Shown here one piece after another: positions 62,644-64,000 of a DNA stretch of 64,000 nt. The position numbers and the translations under genes are program-made. The stretch is from Paragordius varius (taxonomy: Eukaryota; Animalia; Nematomorpha), in the NCBI GenBank assembly GCA_964247055.1, contig OZ176059.1:1488001-1552000 (forward strand), in the 5' to 3' direction. Numbering within the stretch: the first letter of the stretch is position 1; each line of letters starts with the position of its first letter. The notes beneath the pieces were generated by a model. That model searched no databases, had not been told where the DNA came from, and saw only the letters and a program-made list of their open reading frames with translations.

Positions 62644-63813
62644 ATGAATGGTTGCCAAAATATTCGACAAAAAATTATTAATCCATTAAGTTGGATTAAA
62701 AATTCAACTAAACACAATTATGCACTTATAATATTAAATCTTAACCTTTTTAATCATGAAGAAAATGAAAACTTGCTATGTCCATATTTTAAAGTTTATC
62801 AAAATTTTATTCATTCGCTATGGAATCAAGCCAATATTACAATTATAGCCGATGGGGGAATTCGGTTATTACATAAAATTTGGAACAACGGAAAAAGAAA
62901 ATTTATTCCAGATTACATAGTCGGAGATTTCGATTCTGCTCCATCAGACCTATTAACCCTGTTTCAAAATTTGGGCTCTCACATAATACATTATCCGGAT
63001 GAATATCAAACAGATTTCACAAAGTGCCTTAGGATTTTAGCTAAATTGTATCCAAATTTTTTGCAATTTTTTGATGATTCAAATTTTACACAAGTTGTGC
63101 CATCACTACCGGGTCAATCTCTCATAGGCAACACTAATTTTGCTGATAACACCGATGGATTTGACATTTACGTTCTAGGTGGCTTACAGGGACGTTTTGA
63201 TCACATAATGGGTGCAATTAATACGCTCCACATTTTTTATAATAAATATGCCCACTTCAAATCACCGTTGTTAAAGCATGAGAAACAACAGATGGATAGC
63301 TATAACTTAACCCAGGTACCAACCATTGTTTTGTATTCATCGGAAAGTCTTGCCTTTCTTATATATCCTAAAATTAAATATTACATTTATATACCGGCCA
63401 AGTTTTATACGCTTTCATGCGGTATCATTCCATTTTATGGATCTCCCTGTAACGGCATCCAAACACGTGGTCTACGTTGGAATTTGCAATCATCTGACAC
63501 ATTGGCTTGGGGTCACATGATTAGTACATCTAACCGTTACAATGTAACGGAAATGAGCGACATGCCAAATGATAGCCAAACGATTGTTTGTACAAAAAAT
63601 TTGAATAATGGTATTTTAGCCAACAATAAAACACACACCAAAGTAATTTGCTGTGAAAACGTTAATGAAAATTTATTATTTCAGGTGAAAAAAGACAATG
63701 CAACTTCCACTAATAGGGATGATGGGAAATATGTATATATATATTCGGACGTCATTCCAGTTATTTGGACGATGGAATTACCTGATGATTTGTTTACATG
63801 CAGTGAAAGTTAA
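62644..63813 (+). CDS. TPK1: Thiamine pyrophosphokinase, 389 aa, single ORF
   Basis: First ATG at 62644. Motifs YALIILN, IIADGG, PDYIVGDFDS, TDFTKCL, GGLQGRFDH, CGIIP, TRGLRWNL, MISTSN and VIWTM. Confidence 0.95.
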   Translation: MNGCQNIRQKIINPLSWIKNSTKHNYALIILNLNLFNHEENENLLCPYFKVYQNFIHSLWNQANITIIADGGIRLLHKIWNNGKRKFIPDYIVGDFDSAPSDLLTLFQNLGSHIIHYPDEYQTDFTKCLRILAKLYPNFLQFFDDSNFTQVVPSLPGQSLIGNTNFADNTDGFDIYVLGGLQGRFDHIMGAINTLHIFYNKYAHFKSPLLKHEKQQMDSYNLTQVPTIVLYSSESLAFLIYPKIKYYIYIPAKFYTLSCGIIPFYGSPCNGIQTRGLRWNLQSSDTLAWGHMISTSNRYNVTEMSDMPNDSQTIVCTKNLNNGILANNKTHTKVICCENVNENLLFQVKKDNATSTNRDDGKYVYIYSDVIPVIWTMELPDDLFTCSES

Positions 63814-64000
63814 TTATAAGTAAGCAGGAAATGTTCATAACTACTACAAGATTATTCCGATATTATATTGTTATTTGCATAAATTGCTCTTGTTGCATTA
63901 TTATAGTGCAATAGTTATAGTGTGTCTCAATCCGATTTTTTCAGCTATTACCTTAAATAATAATACTCATTTGTAATATGTTTATCTTATTTGTTACGTT

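Overview
AT-rich, repeat-dense animal (invertebrate-type) genomic DNA; the organism cannot be named from the sequence. I could model, exon by exon, TRMT112 (634-1083, -), a 4-exon heparan-sulfate 6-O-sulfotransferase (3280-11176, -), a 4-exon secreted protein made of three 8-cysteine modules (19500-25058, -; second intact copy 46064-51645), GCLM (59826-62536, -) and a single-ORF TPK1 (62644-63813, +) head-to-head with GCLM. The most striking signal is a class of ultrashort GT-AG introns (25, 25, 26, 26, 27, 28 and 33 nt) in TRMT112 and GCLM, alongside 0.4-3.6 kb transposon-filled introns. About 7064-58580 is a diverged head-to-tail duplication (unit A 7064-35601, unit B 35602-~58580) that breaks inside HS6ST exon 2. 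Comparing the two units gives filled and empty sites for many insertions: a 5'-inverted (twin-priming-like) RTE LINE, a Blackjack-type hAT carrying an inverted second transposase copy, a two-MITE composite transposon, hAT MITEs and non-autonomous Helitrons. Several TA-flanked foldback MITE families fill the rest. Coordinates were counted by hand; percent identities are visual estimates.
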